NCBI RefSeq assembly: GCF_009834535.1 | Contig: NC_045707.1 | Span: forward strand, 50,594,001-50,658,000 | Source: Camelus ferus | Taxonomy: Eukaryota | DNA: 64,000 nt | Reading direction: 5' to 3' | Shown: positions 1 to 12,645 of the stretch, piece after piece | Layout: the number at the start of each line of letters is the position of its first letter | How positions within the stretch are numbered: position 1 is the first letter of the stretch | The notes under the pieces: generated by a model | The model's input: only the letters and a program-made list of their open reading frames with translations | The model's database searches: none | Told to the model about the DNA's origin: nothing | Translations under genes and position numbers: made by a program

Positions 1-1314
1 TATATATATATACTTTAAATAGAGTGGGTAGTATAGGGACAATAATCAGGGTTGTTATGACTTTTATTTCTGATTTATTGTTTTGAAACCATCTCACCAA
101 ATGTTTTATTTCCTTTGCCTGATAGTTCATTTTTCCTCAGTGTTTGATGTTGAAGAAATTTAAATAACTTAAAACAAAGCCCTTAAGTTACAGGATTTTG
201 ATGCTGAAGTATAGCAATTACTGCTTCACCTCCATAACTTACCCTATTTTCTCAGAAAGTTTCCCTTGTCTAGGGTTATAATTTACAGAGAATGTAAATG
301 AGGAGGAAATACAGTTTCTCCCATCAGTTCTACTTTCTCTGTCATTATACTGTGTCCAACTGAGTTTATATAATGATATTCCTTACTTCTGTTGTGATTG
401 AACCATACCTCAAAATCTTATCACTTTAATGAAGATATTTGGATAGGACTGATACTTTTAGGGAAACTGGTTTCCTGCTCAAAGTCTGAAAAATTACATG
501 CAAGCCCTTAGTTTTGTCCAGTTCAATCCAATTTCAGCGTAGTTGGCCAGAGTATTTTATACATTTTTGTGTGTAGCTAAATCCTTACTAAAATATATAA
601 ATCAATGCCTCATTCATTGATGACAATATAACTTTTCCTTCTATTTTTTCATTTATTTTTGGGTTTGGTGGGTTCTGGGGAAGGGAACAGGAATAAAAAT
701 GTCTCTGCCAACCTTCATATGCCAATTTTAAAAATTAACCAACTTTATAAAAAGGAAAAAAGTATACAAAAATAAATTTATACATTAAATATATAGGTTG
801 GGAGTGGTAACCCCAAAATAGATTAGTTCCTCTTAGATATATCTACCCCTAGATTACATTGCTTAGATATAAATTTCTTGTTTATACCTACTTTAATCTA
901 AAGTTTTCACAAACAGGGTATCCCTTGACAATGAATGGGCAAGAACAGTAACCAACTAATCTCCAGAAAGTAACTCCAACAGAGACCCAGTTGTTTACAA
1001 GACACTAGAGGACACTAGAATCGAGTGAATAATCAGTGTTAAAAGCCTCCCTTTGTATTTGAATAACTAACCAATTCTCCTTGTGTCACTTATTCCTTCT
1101 TACTTTGTTAGCCTGAGTGATCCTTAAGGAAAATTCTTTTCATTAGTATCTGCCACAATAAGTGAATATACCCTTGAAATGATGATATAGCTCATTTTTT
1201 TAAGGAGCTGACCAATTAATCAGATTCATTTATTGTCAAACCTAGATAATTCATATATAAATCCACTATAACTCATTTTTTATAAACAACAACTGATGTT
1301 ATCATCTCTGGCAT

Positions 1315-1560
1315 CTATTTTCCCCTATGGGTCCTCCTACTTTCCATTGTAGGCATTCAGGGACTCAGGGTGAAAAAGTAGCCAACACTGGAAAGGTAGT
1401 TGGAAGGAAAAGAGAGTCCTGGGGAATCCCAGATTAGCTATTAAATGTTTGGTCTAGAAACTACACACATCGCTTTGGCTCAAAAATCACTAGTCACACA
1501 GCCCCATCCAACCATAAGGGGAGTCAAGAGGTTAATTATACCATTGCCTAGAACTTTGAG
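1315..1560 (-). mobile_element. Old MaLR/ERVL LTR fragment (MLT1K/L or LTR33-like)
   Basis: Motif 'ctagaaactacacacatcgctttggctca...tagtcacacagccccatccaaccataaggg' resembles the remembered MLT1K/L-type segment; heavily diverged. Confidence 0.45.
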
Positions 1561-2171
1561 AACTAACCTTAATGACTACAGAGTAGATCTTCCAGGAAAA
1601 AAATTAATATATGGCTATCCACATATGAGATAATCAGCAGAAACAGTATGTTACCTAAACTTTCTGAGGAGACCAATTATTATCACACTGAGCCAATATT
1701 ATAAAAAATAGGAAACAGTAACATAGATGAGTAAGTAAAGTTGTAGGCTTCCTATGAGGACAATTTAAGGACTTAGTCATTTTTTGTTAAATTATATATT
1801 TTATGTAAAAAATTGATTTGCAGAGACAAATATTGCATATTGACATATATTGCCAAAGTTATGATAAAGATTAAAGAACTAGGAATAGGGACTCTTAATT
1901 CCCTGTTATTTTTGGTGATGCTCATTCTGGAAAGACTTTTCCACACTGAAGCCAATGAAGATTTATTTTTATTGTTGCTATAAAGTTTTACAGCTTTTCG
2001 TCTTTGGTCAGTCAATTTCTGCTTCACAAATGTCCTTCGTAAGTGAAACTTGCTTATCTTCTGGAGAGTTTCTAAGGCATCACATTGAGTTTTTCTTTTA
2101 AACAGGTTTGCTATATCACATTGCTTTTTAAAATCAACTAATTTATTTGAAATTCCTGTTAGAAAACAGTT

Positions 2172-2377
2172 TTATACAGATAAACATGTCTTGTGACTTT
2201 GATTATCAGAAACATTCCATTTGCTGGGTGTTGAGTTGTTTCTTTTTATTACATCATGAATTGGAGTTCTCCAGAGTAATGCAATCTGCGAAATGCTGTC
2301 TGGGTTACTGTTCATTACTGATAGCAAATGTGGAGCTTTACTTGTATTGAGATTATCAGTCTTTTCCAAAGTTAATA
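2172..2377 (-). CDS. Candidate terminal coding exon of unknown gene: (V)LTLEKTDNLNTSKAPHLLSVMNSNPDSISQIALLWRTPIHDVIKRNNSTPSKWNVSDNQSHKTCLSV*
   Basis: Minus-strand acceptor ttttgtttttataattgacag| at 2378-2380, then 67 open codons (phase 1) to TAA in unique sequence. Hydrophilic, protein-like composition. No homolog recognised. Confidence 0.3.
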
Positions 2378-4019
2378 CTGTCAATTATAAAAACAAAAAT
2401 CACGCCAAAAAAGGGAAACATTTCTCAAAATCCAGAAAAATATTTCTGACTCCTCAGAACAATTTCCCCAGATCTTGAACATTACAGCATTTATGATATT
2501 CATGTACACCCTAAAAAAGCACTAATGTTTTTATGATGTGGACAATGTCAGATCAAGGCTTGTTAGGCTGCTCTTTCAAAATTCTCTTCTATTCTCTCTG
2601 GAAAGACAAACAAGGGGAAACTTGAGAGTTTTAGTATCTTAGACGTATTTATTATCAGTTAATGATTAGACAGGACAAAAATCCTTCTTTTGACAATATA
2701 TATATTAAAGCTATACAAAGAGCTTTTATATTTCAGGATAAAACTCCTTTCAGGATCAATAATTATTGGACTACTTATATTTACTATATGGCATAGTGAA
2801 AGTTTAGTAAGATTTCAAGTTCTTCTAGCTATTGTCTTTATTATGTTTCTAAAAATTTTAGTCGTGAGATTATAAAAGGGCATCTTAAAAAAATTGTCTT
2901 AAAAATAGTGAAAATGCAAAATTAAGAATTTGAATGAGATTTCTAAAGTCAATCTAGCTCTGAAAGTCTGTGACTATCCTAGTTTACATATAAACCTAGA
3001 ACCAACTTTTATTGTTCTCTTGAAGATTGTTTTAAAATGAGCTTTAACCAAATTTCTTAACTCTGGTCCCTCAGTCATCCTCTGGTGTGGCTTTGAGAGC
3101 TTTACTAATGTTCACAGAATTCCCAATGAAAAATATTTCAGGCATTGTGAACCCTAAACTTTCAGAAGTGTTAGAAAATACATCCTCACTTTTGGGATTT
3201 GTTTGAAAGTGATACAGATATGTAAAAAGATAGTCATTTTATTAGTAGAGTAGTGTAAAGGTGAAGAGTTCATAAAAGCAAAGTCCATATTTACTTTATA
3301 AATTACTCTTTGCATGGTATTACATGTAGCAGGCACTAATGAATATTTGTTTATTAAATGAATGAAATGTCCAACTATAGTATAATAAATAAATGACTGA
3401 ATAGTTCACTCGGCTGACTATCATAAATTCTTTTAGTAGGAAACAGATTCTCATACCATAAATGGTGGGATATAAACTGATTCATTATTTGTGGGAGAGT
3501 AATTTGTCTTTGTGTATCAAAAGTTTTAAAATGGGCATACTTATTGCTCTAACAATGTTATTTCTAGGAATTTATTCTCAGAAAATAATTACAATATGTG
3601 TTATCATTTATCTATAGAGAGGTGTACTGAAGAATTATTCAAATTAGACAAAATTTATGAAACTATGGCCATTATTTTTATTTTCTTTCTTTTCCATATT
3701 GCCTGTCATATGCTTATATTATTTAAGTATTATTATAAATTAAAACATTATGTCATAGAAAAAGACACCACCACAATAATGCCATTTTACTACCCCATAG
3801 GCCTTAAAGCCAAGAAAACAACCAAAAAACCATGAAATTTGATAATTATTAAACAAAATTCCCACAACCATTAAAGAGCATTAAATAATTTTTAAATGAT
3901 TCCATTGAAGACCTACAGAAGTGTTTTGGAAAAGTCGGTCCAACCCCGCCCTTAGCCTCACTACCATGCTACAAGTCAATTATTTTTCCTTCACCCTCAA
4001 GTAATTGTTTTCCTATCTA

Positions 4020-7000
4020 GTGGTTCTATTAATTAATGATAATTGATGGTGAAGTATTAACCTCTTCAACTATTAATACTGAATTGTCTACTGTTCTCTT
4101 TAATTTTGTTAGTTTGTGTTTTATATGTTTTGTGGCTTTGTTAAATAGCTGCACAAATTTATAATTCATATCTTCCTGATGAACTGACACTTTTATGATT
4201 ATAACATATACCTCTTAATCTCTAGTAATATATCTTTTACCTTAAAATATATTTTTTCTCTTATTTGTATAGTCACTCGAGCTCTCAGTAGGTTTAACAC
4301 ATTCAAATTTAATATCAGTCTCTTATAAGCAGAATATATTGGGATTCTGGTTTTCAATCCAGTGTGATAATCTATACTTTTTATTTAGAGTGTTTAATTC
4401 ATTTGTGTTGAATGTAACTATTGATATGCTACAATTTACACCTGTCATGTTGCTGTTTGTTTTATACACATAATGTCTGTTTTGTTCCTCCATTTCTTCA
4501 CTGTCTTTTTTGTTAAATAGATATTTTAGTGTACTATTTTATTACCTTTGTTTTTTAAACAGTATTTTTAAGTTATTTTCATAATGGTTATTCTGAGGAA
4601 TTAAAATGTGTATCTTATTTTAAAATAATCTAGTTTAGGTTAAGGCTAAATTAATACCAATAGTACATTAAAAGTTTGCTCCAATCTAGCTCCTTCTCCC
4701 TCCCTTCCTTTGTGTAATATATTACTGTCACACAAACTACATTTTCATATAAGCCCATTAGCAAAGTTTTACAATTATTGTTTTATACAGTTGTCTTCTA
4801 AATCAGTAAAAGAAAATAGTTAATATTTACACGTATTCCCCTAAATACCTCTACTGATGCTCTTTATTTCATTGTGTGGATTTGAGTTAACATCTAGCAT
4901 CCTCCCTTTTCAGACTAAAAGGTTCTCTTTTTATTTTCTATAGGGCAGTGTGCTAGCAACAGATTCTCAGTTGTTGTTGTTTTTTTTTTATGAGAATGTC
5001 CTAATTTCTCCCTCACTTTTGAAAGATAATTTTGTTGGACATAGAATTCTTGGTTGACAGCCTTTTCATTTCAGCACTTTAAATATGTCAGCTTACATTT
5101 TGGTCTCCATGGTTTTGATTAGAAATCACTTATTAATCTTACTGAGGATCCCACATACTTGTTAAATCATTTTTTTTCTCTTACTGCTTTCAAGATGTTC
5201 TCTGTGTCACTGATAATTTGACAGTATGACTATGATGGTATGGATATGGATCTCTGGGTTGTTTTTTTTTTTTTAACTTGGAGTTCCTTGAGCTTGTTGG
5301 ATGTGTAGATTAAAGGTTTCTATCAATTTGGGAAGTTCTTGGATATTATTTCTTCAAAATTTTTTACCCCTTTTGACACTTCGTTCCTTCTGGGGCTCCC
5401 ATTATGCGTATTTTGATACACCGACAGGTTTCTGAAGCTCTGTTCATTTTTATTCACTCATTTTTCTTCACTCATTTTTCTTTCTGTTCTTCATACTGAA
5501 TTATCTATTAATTTATCTTCAAGTTCACTGGTTCATTCTGTCACTAAGCCCTTCTAGTTAATTTTTAAAATTTCAGTTATTATATTTTTAAACTTCAGAG
5601 TATCTGTTTGTCTTTTTTCTATAATTTCTATCTCTATTGATTTTATCTACTTGGTGAGATATAGTTGTCATACTTTTCTTTAGTTCTTTAAACATGGTTT
5701 CCTTCAGTGCAACCTTTAGGTTCCCTCAAGGACAATTTCTATTGAATGCTTTTACTTTTCTCTGTATGGGCCATACTTTCCTATTAATCTGCATATCTCT
5801 TAATTTTTTGTTGAAAATGGGGAAATTTAGATAATACATTTGATTCTCCTTATTCATGGCAGTTATGCTCTATAAAGTCACTGCAAAGACTGAATTAGTG
5901 GATAATGAACTTTTACACATGCATATTACATAGATTATAATCCTAAATAGTGAAAGCAAGTCATCCAGGTAGACTATTTTATTTTACAAAAGAGAAAATG
6001 AGGCTTAGAAAAGTTAATAATTTGCCTGTGGCTTCCCCACTACTGTCTTCATCCTTTGGTCATCTCTGTATGAGAGCTAAAACAAGAAGGCAGAGGGCCA
6101 CCTTGTTTGACCTCACCTGGGAACATGCATATTGGGAGACTTACAATTTTTGCTACTCTGTGCACTTACATTTTTGTGAATGACTGTAAAGGACCATGAA
6201 TATTGATTTTGGTGTTACAAATAAATTTTAGTGACTAGGTAAATTCACTAATATGCAATTTGAGAATAACAAAGATCAAATGTATATTGTAGGAAGTCTG
6301 GAATCTGACACTGCCGCCTAACAATTTTGTTTTTACTGTTTTATTGTTGTTGCTGCTGCTGTCATTTATTTAGTGACTTTCCGTGACTTATTCTATAGAG
6401 TATTCCCTGCAATGTGTGGCCACTGAAATCTCCGCTTTTTAGTTATCTATTAATTTTCTTGTTTGTATTTTTAAGCCTGGATTTGTTCACCCCTGGGTCA
6501 GCATAGCTTAGTGGTCAGTCAGTGGTTGGTCAGAAGATTTCCTTGAGCCAATAAATCTTTCCAAGAGGATCTGTGTGTATACTGAGAGACACCTCAAAGT
6601 TCAGGCAGTTTACACGCCTGCTTTAGTCTTCATTCCTGCTTGTACAGGGCCCCAAGGTCAGCCAGATATAAATAAGTAACTGGGCCTTTCTCCAGTTTTT
6701 CTGGGCATGTGCACAATCTACACATGTGTGTGGCCTTACAGATTCCTAGGAATATTTGGGGCTTTTCAAACACTTTAGGGTGGTCATTCCTTAGATATGC
6801 CCCTCAAAATTTTTGGCCAGCTTCTTGTTTGCCTCAACTGGTATTCCTGCCTTAGACAGCTGTAGTATTCACTACTGCAACTAAGTACTTATTTTTAAAA
6901 TGACCGAAATATAGGGCTTTTCTGCCAAGCTCAACTCCAAGTCAGGCTAAAGAGCAACGAGGTCCTAAGAATGGGACTGTTTCAGAAAGCTCCAAGTCTG

Positions 7001-7195
7001 GTCAAAATAATGACAACACTCTCGGGAATTTTTTTTTTTTTTTTTTTTTTTTGCAGAGCTCTAAAACAGTTCAGTTTCCTACAGTGGCTGAGGCTGGTAG
7101 TTGCTGCAGCTGCTGTACCATGGAAGGAGGGGTAGGGAGAGGAGTGTCCTCAAAACAAAATGACACAGACCCTGCTTTGTTTCCAAAGTTCAGTT
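4020..7195 (-). mobile_element. Old L1 (L1M-type) fragment spanning ORF2 5' part, ORF1 and 5' region, interrupted by a Tigger
   Basis: T-rich antisense L1 motifs such as 'agaattcttggttgacag' and 'cttgttggatgtgtagattaa...tttgggaagttcttggatattatttcttcaaa'. The sequence resumes across the insertion (ttagataata|tattgtagg). Confidence 0.8.
5837..6282. mobile_element. Tigger4/Zombi-family (MER46-like) non-autonomous DNA transposon
   Basis: TA at 5835-5836 and 6283-6284 (TSD). Terminal inverted repeats catttgattctccttattc / gaataacaaagatcaaatg. Internal 'gagagctaaaacaagaaggcagagggccaccttgtttgacctcacctgggaac' typical of Tigger4. Confidence 0.8.
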
Positions 7196-7197
7196 CT

Positions 7198-7972
7198 CTT
7201 TTTTTATTTTAATATGGTTTCATTTCATATATATTTGTATATATACACACATATATATTTATTTCATATATGTGTGCATATGTACATATACATATATATA
7301 TATATACTCCTTTTCACATTCTTTTTCATTATATGCTATTACAAGGTATTGAATATAGTTCCCTGTGCTATACAATAGGACCTTATTTATCTATTTTATA
7401 TACAGTAGTTAGCATCTGCAAATCCCAAACTCCCAATTTATCTTCCCCCATCCTCTTCCCCCCATGGTAACTATAAGCTTGTTTTTCTGTATCTGTGGGT
7501 TTTTCTTTTTTTTTTTCTGTTTTGTAAATCAGTTCATTAGTATCCTTTTCTTAGATTCCACATATGAGTGATACCATATGGTATTTTTCTTTCTCTTTCT
7601 CGCTTAATTCACTTAGTATGACAATCTCTAGGTCCATTCATGTTGCTTTGAATGGCATTATTTTATTATTTTTTACGGCTGAGTAGTATTCCATTGTATA
7701 AATATAACACAACTTCTTTATCCAATTATCTGTTGATGGATCATATTAGAGCTTCCTCTGGATATATGCCTAGGAGTAGGATTGCTGGATTATATGGTAC
7801 ATTTTTAGTTTTTTAAGGAATCTCCATACTGTTTTCCACAGTGGCTGCATCAACCTACACTCCCACCAACAGTGTAGCAGGGTTCCCTTTTCTCCAAACT
7901 CTCTCTCACATTTATCGTTTGTGGAGTTTTTAATGATGGCCATTCTGACTGGTGTGAGGTAATACCTCATAA
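7198..7972 (-). mobile_element. Lineage-specific L1 3' end (ORF2 C-terminus + 3' UTR), 5'-truncated, with internal deletion near 7740
   Basis: ORF 7770-7970 [13 protein letters not shown]...[23 protein letters not shown] is the L1 ORF2p cysteine-rich end. Aligns by eye with the copy at 19930-20420 except for about 70-75 bp missing. Confidence 0.92.
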
Positions 7973-8241
7973 GCAGGTTTTCAACATCCCTCTAATCTTG
8001 CTATCTCAGAAACCTTCTATTCCAACTGTGTCACGGCATAATCCTCATCATTAGTCATTGCTTCAGTCATGATTTTTATAAAGGTTACAAAACCATCTCA
8101 TATTTGCCTGTGCCTATTATTACCACCCATTTGAAAGTTAAAATGAGAAACACCTTTCAGTGGAGGGTAAGGTAGTACTCCACATAGTTAGAGAAAACTA
8201 AAAGCAGGTCATAAATTAACAGATCTACATTGCAGCTATTT

Positions 8242-8339
8242 TCATGATAAGAAAGTGTTAACTTCCATTTCATCTGTGAGCAGGCTGGTCGTGTCCATAT
8301 TTGGTGCACTAGAAGATGCTGAATGAATGAGTGGGGCAT
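8242..8339 (-). CDS. Candidate terminal coding exon of unknown gene: (D)APLIHSASSSAPNMDTTSLLTDEMEVNTFLS*
   Basis: Good minus-strand acceptor ttcgttttctttgggcttccacag| at 8340-8342; phase-1 frame open to TGA (phase 0 is also open, to 8157). No homolog recognised. Confidence 0.22.
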
Positions 8340-9418
8340 CTGTGGAAGCCCAAAGAAAACGAACATCTTCCAAATAAATGTCTAGGCAAAAATAAACAAT
8401 CAAAGAACAGGTCTGTTCAATTCCACTGTTTGCTCTAAAAATAGTTATACATGAAAATAGAGTCAAGTGTTTTATAAAGTACCTTGGCAATAAGAAGTGC
8501 TATTCCAGTGAGTTGTAAGTCCTAGGAATTCAAAGAGTTGGGCAAAGCAAGTAAATGGCTAAGTTATAAACACAGGTTGCCAAAAGGAGAAGCATTAGTA
8601 ATAATGACATCTATGTGGGAACCCCTGCACAGAGCAACATAAATCTGACTAACTAACGTCAGCAAGAGAGAAAATAGCAGTCAAAACAAAAGATCTGAAA
8701 AACTTGCTGCAAAAAGTCAGTAGAGAACCGTGAATAACTAAGCAGGAATAGTAATGGATAGTACCAGCCAGTCTTTCTATATGACCAGAACATTACAATT
8801 TGAAATTACTCAAATAAAGATGAAATACTAGATGTTAAAATACATTCTGTGTGTTTACTGGAAGGTGGTTCATTTTAATCCTTTTAAATCTCTGCTCAGT
8901 ATTAAAGCTTAAGGAATCCTTCATATGGCAGCAAGGAGTCTTTCAAAGGGTGTATAATGAAAGGATAATCCTAATATTTGTTGCTTGATTTTTAGTCCTC
9001 ATTCAGATCATGTGAAATTGGGACTCGTTTTGCCGGTTGATTATAAAACATTATAAATCTAAAAATTTAGCTTAAACATACATGAGTGAGTTCCAAATTA
9101 TCCATCACATGAAGTGGGGGAGTGGGAGGATGAAGGCTTAGCTCCAATCATGATGTTGCCATTTTCTATAAATGTGCTATTTTTTAAATGCTTGAAGCTA
9201 TCAAGAACTTTTTACAGTAATGTATTTAATAAGTTGAATAAATCTGGATAACACAATAAAGACTACTTCTTGAGACTTTAACTTTTGCATTGCTCCCCTG
9301 AGGAAACTCCGTGGTATCAGATGCCACAGTGGCCTCCTGGCCACTTAACATGGCACAAAGCACTTGAATTGAAAGTCAGCTTTATTAATTCTACTCTGTA
9401 ATTCTTCTAAGCATGGCA

Positions 9419-9845
9419 AGTGAATTGGTTAATTTTATGTGTTGACTTGGCTAGGTCATGGTAATGAGTTTTGTTAAACATCAGTCTAGATGATGCTGTG
9501 ATGGTATTTTTTGGATGTATTAATATTTAAATCAGTAGATTTTGACTAAGGCAAATTAACTTGCCATAATGTGGGTGGGCCTTCATTTAATCAGTTGAAG
9601 GTCTTAGAAGAAAAGACTGAGGTCACCCAAGGAAGAAAAAATTCTGCCTACAGACTACCTTTGGACTGAAGACCACAACTTTAACTTTTCCCTCGGTCTC
9701 CTGCCTGGTGTCCTGCCTATAGATTTTGGACTTGCCAACCCCCACAACCACATGAGCCAATTCCTTAAAATCTATCTATCTATCATCTATCTATCAACAC
9801 ATACATCCTACTGGTTCTGTTTCCCTGAGAATATTGACTATTACA
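9419..9845 (+). mobile_element. MLT2 (ERVL) solo LTR
   Basis: Begins 'gtgaattggttaattttatgtgttgacttggctagg', contains 'ataatgtgggtgggcct...tcagttgaagg' and a (TCTA)n tract, ends 'ggttctgtttccctgagaatattgactattaca'. Confidence 0.88.
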
Positions 9846-10717
9846 CCAGAGAAAATAGAAACCCTCCAACCTCTTCCACGTTTGGCCATCAATGTGTCTG
9901 AACTACCTGCAAAGGTAAGTATATTGGCTATCACCAGGAACTCTAAAGATTGTGGTATAGATATACATGCTGAATAGAATTACTGTAGCTGTTGATTTGA
10001 AGTAATAAGCTTTTATCCTTAACATTGGAGTTACTGCTTCCTTTCTCTCTGAATGCTTCCTTTCTTTCCAGTTGCCTACTAGAAGTGAAAGTAATTTATT
10101 GTAAGCACTGGAAATTGAATTGCAACATAAATCTGATAGCTTTCTGTGCAAAAAAATAAAATGATGATACTATTCCAAAACCAACACAAAGTGTTTTGTT
10201 ACGGCTTTTTAGTCATGGTGGTGTCTTGATATATACTGTTTTATCTTCATATTTTCTTGATCCCCTCTTGTGACCAAAAGTAGATAATAAAATACATGAA
10301 ATTCAACCCTCTTTACCTAAATTCAAAAATACTTGTTTAGGGCTTACTGTGTTCAGTGCTGGAGATGAAAAGATGAGGAATGACTGTCTTTAAAGAGGGC
10401 AATGTTCTATGGGAAGGCAGCATATAAATACATACATATTTTTTAACCAGTGAAAATGTCTAATTAAGGCAATATATTAAAGGCTTTTTTATACCACCCT
10501 TCAACCTCAAATCACATCAAATATAACAACCAAAAAAAGACAAGTAAAGATAACATATTCATTAAAACAAAGAGATTGCTGACTCCTAAGCTACATTATA
10601 AAGCACATCTAGACTGAGCAAAGAGAACATGCTGAGTTCCAGTGCCTGTTGTTTTGGATCTTGAGCCAGAAACACACCCAACACACACCAAACTGTCACA
10701 TTCTAAAGGACGTAGAC

Positions 10718-10751
<34 letters not shown>

Positions 10752-10765
10752 TACATATATATATA
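10718..10765. repeat. Compound (TA)n(CA)n(TA)n microsatellite
   Basis: Directly visible. Confidence 0.9.
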
Positions 10766-11353
10766 TTTTTAATGAGAATGCCTTGCTAGACTGATTCTGA
10801 TAGCCCAGAATTGTGAAACAGGGAACACTTAAGGAAAAATCATGGAGATGCTCATGTCATTCCTATTGTCCATGACTTAGCTTCTCTGCCAAAGGGGAGG
10901 GATAAGTCAATGAAAGGAAGATTGAAGAACTTAATAAGAGACTATTAAGGTGAGATTGCTGCATTTAGCAATCTAAGGAGACATTTGTTCCTAAGGTAAA
11001 AGAGATAGCTTGAAGAGAGCAGTGTTTGAAGTAGATCTTCAAACTGTTCATCACTAGGTCCTTACCACCATCCAAAGCTCACTAATATTCAAAAGAGATA
11101 TTATCATGGGATCTAGCCCTAAAAAAATAAAAAAGAGGAAAAGATAGACTGGAAACAAGAAAAAAAGAGGAAAAGAAACATGAGCAAAAGGCAGCTGAAA
11201 AACACAAGAATTGTTAAATTACATAATTCTACATAGCGAAATTGCAGAGAATGATTTTAAAAACAGAAATTAAAAAGTTCGAAACAGTCTTTTATGTGTA
11301 CAAAGAAGTACTCAGTAGAGCATGGAAAGGAATGAAAAACACTCTTATAAAAC

Positions 11354-11669
11354 AAAACAAAACAAAACAAAAAACATAAATACAAAACAGAAACAGACTC
11401 ATAGACATAGAATACAAACTTGTGGTTACCAGGGGGATGTGGGGTGGGAAGGGACAGACTGGGATTTCAAAATGTAGAATAGATAAACAAGATTACACTG
11501 TATAGCACAGTGAAATATATACAGGATCTTGTGGTGGCTCACAGTGAAAGAGAATGTGACAATGAATATATGTATGTTCATGTATAACTGAAAAACTATG
11601 CTGTACACTGGAATTTGACACAACATTGTAAAAGGACTATGACTCAATAAAAAATGTTTAAAAAAAAAA
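11354..11669 (+). mobile_element. Young 5'-truncated L1 (3' UTR + poly-A) with perfect TSD
   Basis: gaaaaacactcttataaaac at 11334-11353 and 11670-11689; AATAAA and A-tail at 11646-11669; 'ctgtatagcacag' 3' UTR motif. Confidence 0.93.
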
Positions 11670-11909
11670 GAAAAACACTCTTATAAAACTCAGGAATTAA
11701 AAGAAGACAAATAAAAACATCATAATGATGAAAAACACTCTAGAAATAATCCTCAAAATGGGATAAATGCAACTGAAGAAGTCAGAAATATGGAGAATAG
11801 GCTGGAGAATCTATCTCCAAATGAAATGAAAAAACTATGTATGTAGGATTTCAGAGAAGACACCTGACACATGATGGCTATTTCTGAAGAAAAGAAACAA
11901 AGTGGTTTG

Positions 11910-12645
11910 GAAGCCAATAGGGCTGTTCATGCAGATTCTGATTTTCCACTCATTCCAGGAACATGACACATCTGCAATCCTCATTTCCTTTGACAGGCAT
12001 AGCCATGGGACCAGATTGGGCCTCCAAAATGAGAATGGTAAAGACTTTAGGAGTTAGCATTTAACTTACTACATTCCCTTTTTTCCCCATTTGGTCAACT
12101 TTCTAAACATTTATCAAGAAGGAGGCTTCAATACTGCATGACATCACTTATAAGTGGAATAAAAAAAAAAAGTCAAACTCTTAGAAATACTTTGTGAACA
12201 CTCACCTAGAAGATGAACAAGGTCTGAGGATCTAATGTATAATATGGTGACTATAGTTGATAATACAGCATCGTATAATTGGAATTTGCTAAGAGAGTAG
12301 AACTTCATTGTTCTCACCAAAAAAATAAAAAATAAGATAAATATGTGAGGTGATGGATGTGTTAATTAGATGGTGAGAATCCTTTTACAATGTATAAGTA
12401 CTTCAAATCACCATGATGTACACCTTAAATACATCTTACAATTTTAATTTAAAAAAAAATTATATCTCAATAAAACTGGAAAAATAAAAACAAAATAAAA
12501 AAAAGAAGACTTCATTAGCTTGGGTTCTTGAGTGACTATAATCAGCAGAGCCCTGATGTTAGACTTGTAGTATCAACAGGAAATAAAATTGAATGTGTCA
12601 AGCCACTAAGATTTTAATAATGCACCACAACTTAGAATGATACAA
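11910..12645 (+). mobile_element. Old MLT1 (MaLR) LTR split by an L1 3' end
   Basis: 'ggcatagccatgggaccagattgggcctccaaaatgag' on the left and 'ttagcttgggttcttgagtgactat...cagcagagccc...aaataaa...aagccactaagattt' on the right. Confidence 0.65.
12134..12503 (+). mobile_element. L1MA/MB-type 3' end with poly-A and degraded TSD
   Basis: 'atggtgactatagttgataatac...tttgctaagagagtaga...tatgtgaggtgatggatgtgttaat'; flanks aggaggcttcaata (12120-12133) and agaagacttcatta (12504-12517) match 11/14. Confidence 0.85.

Noticed and set aside
1773..2027. 84-aa minus ORF with hydrophobic C-terminal stretch
   Set aside because: Non-ATG start, no convincing splice signals, AT-rich composition; more likely UTR or intergenic
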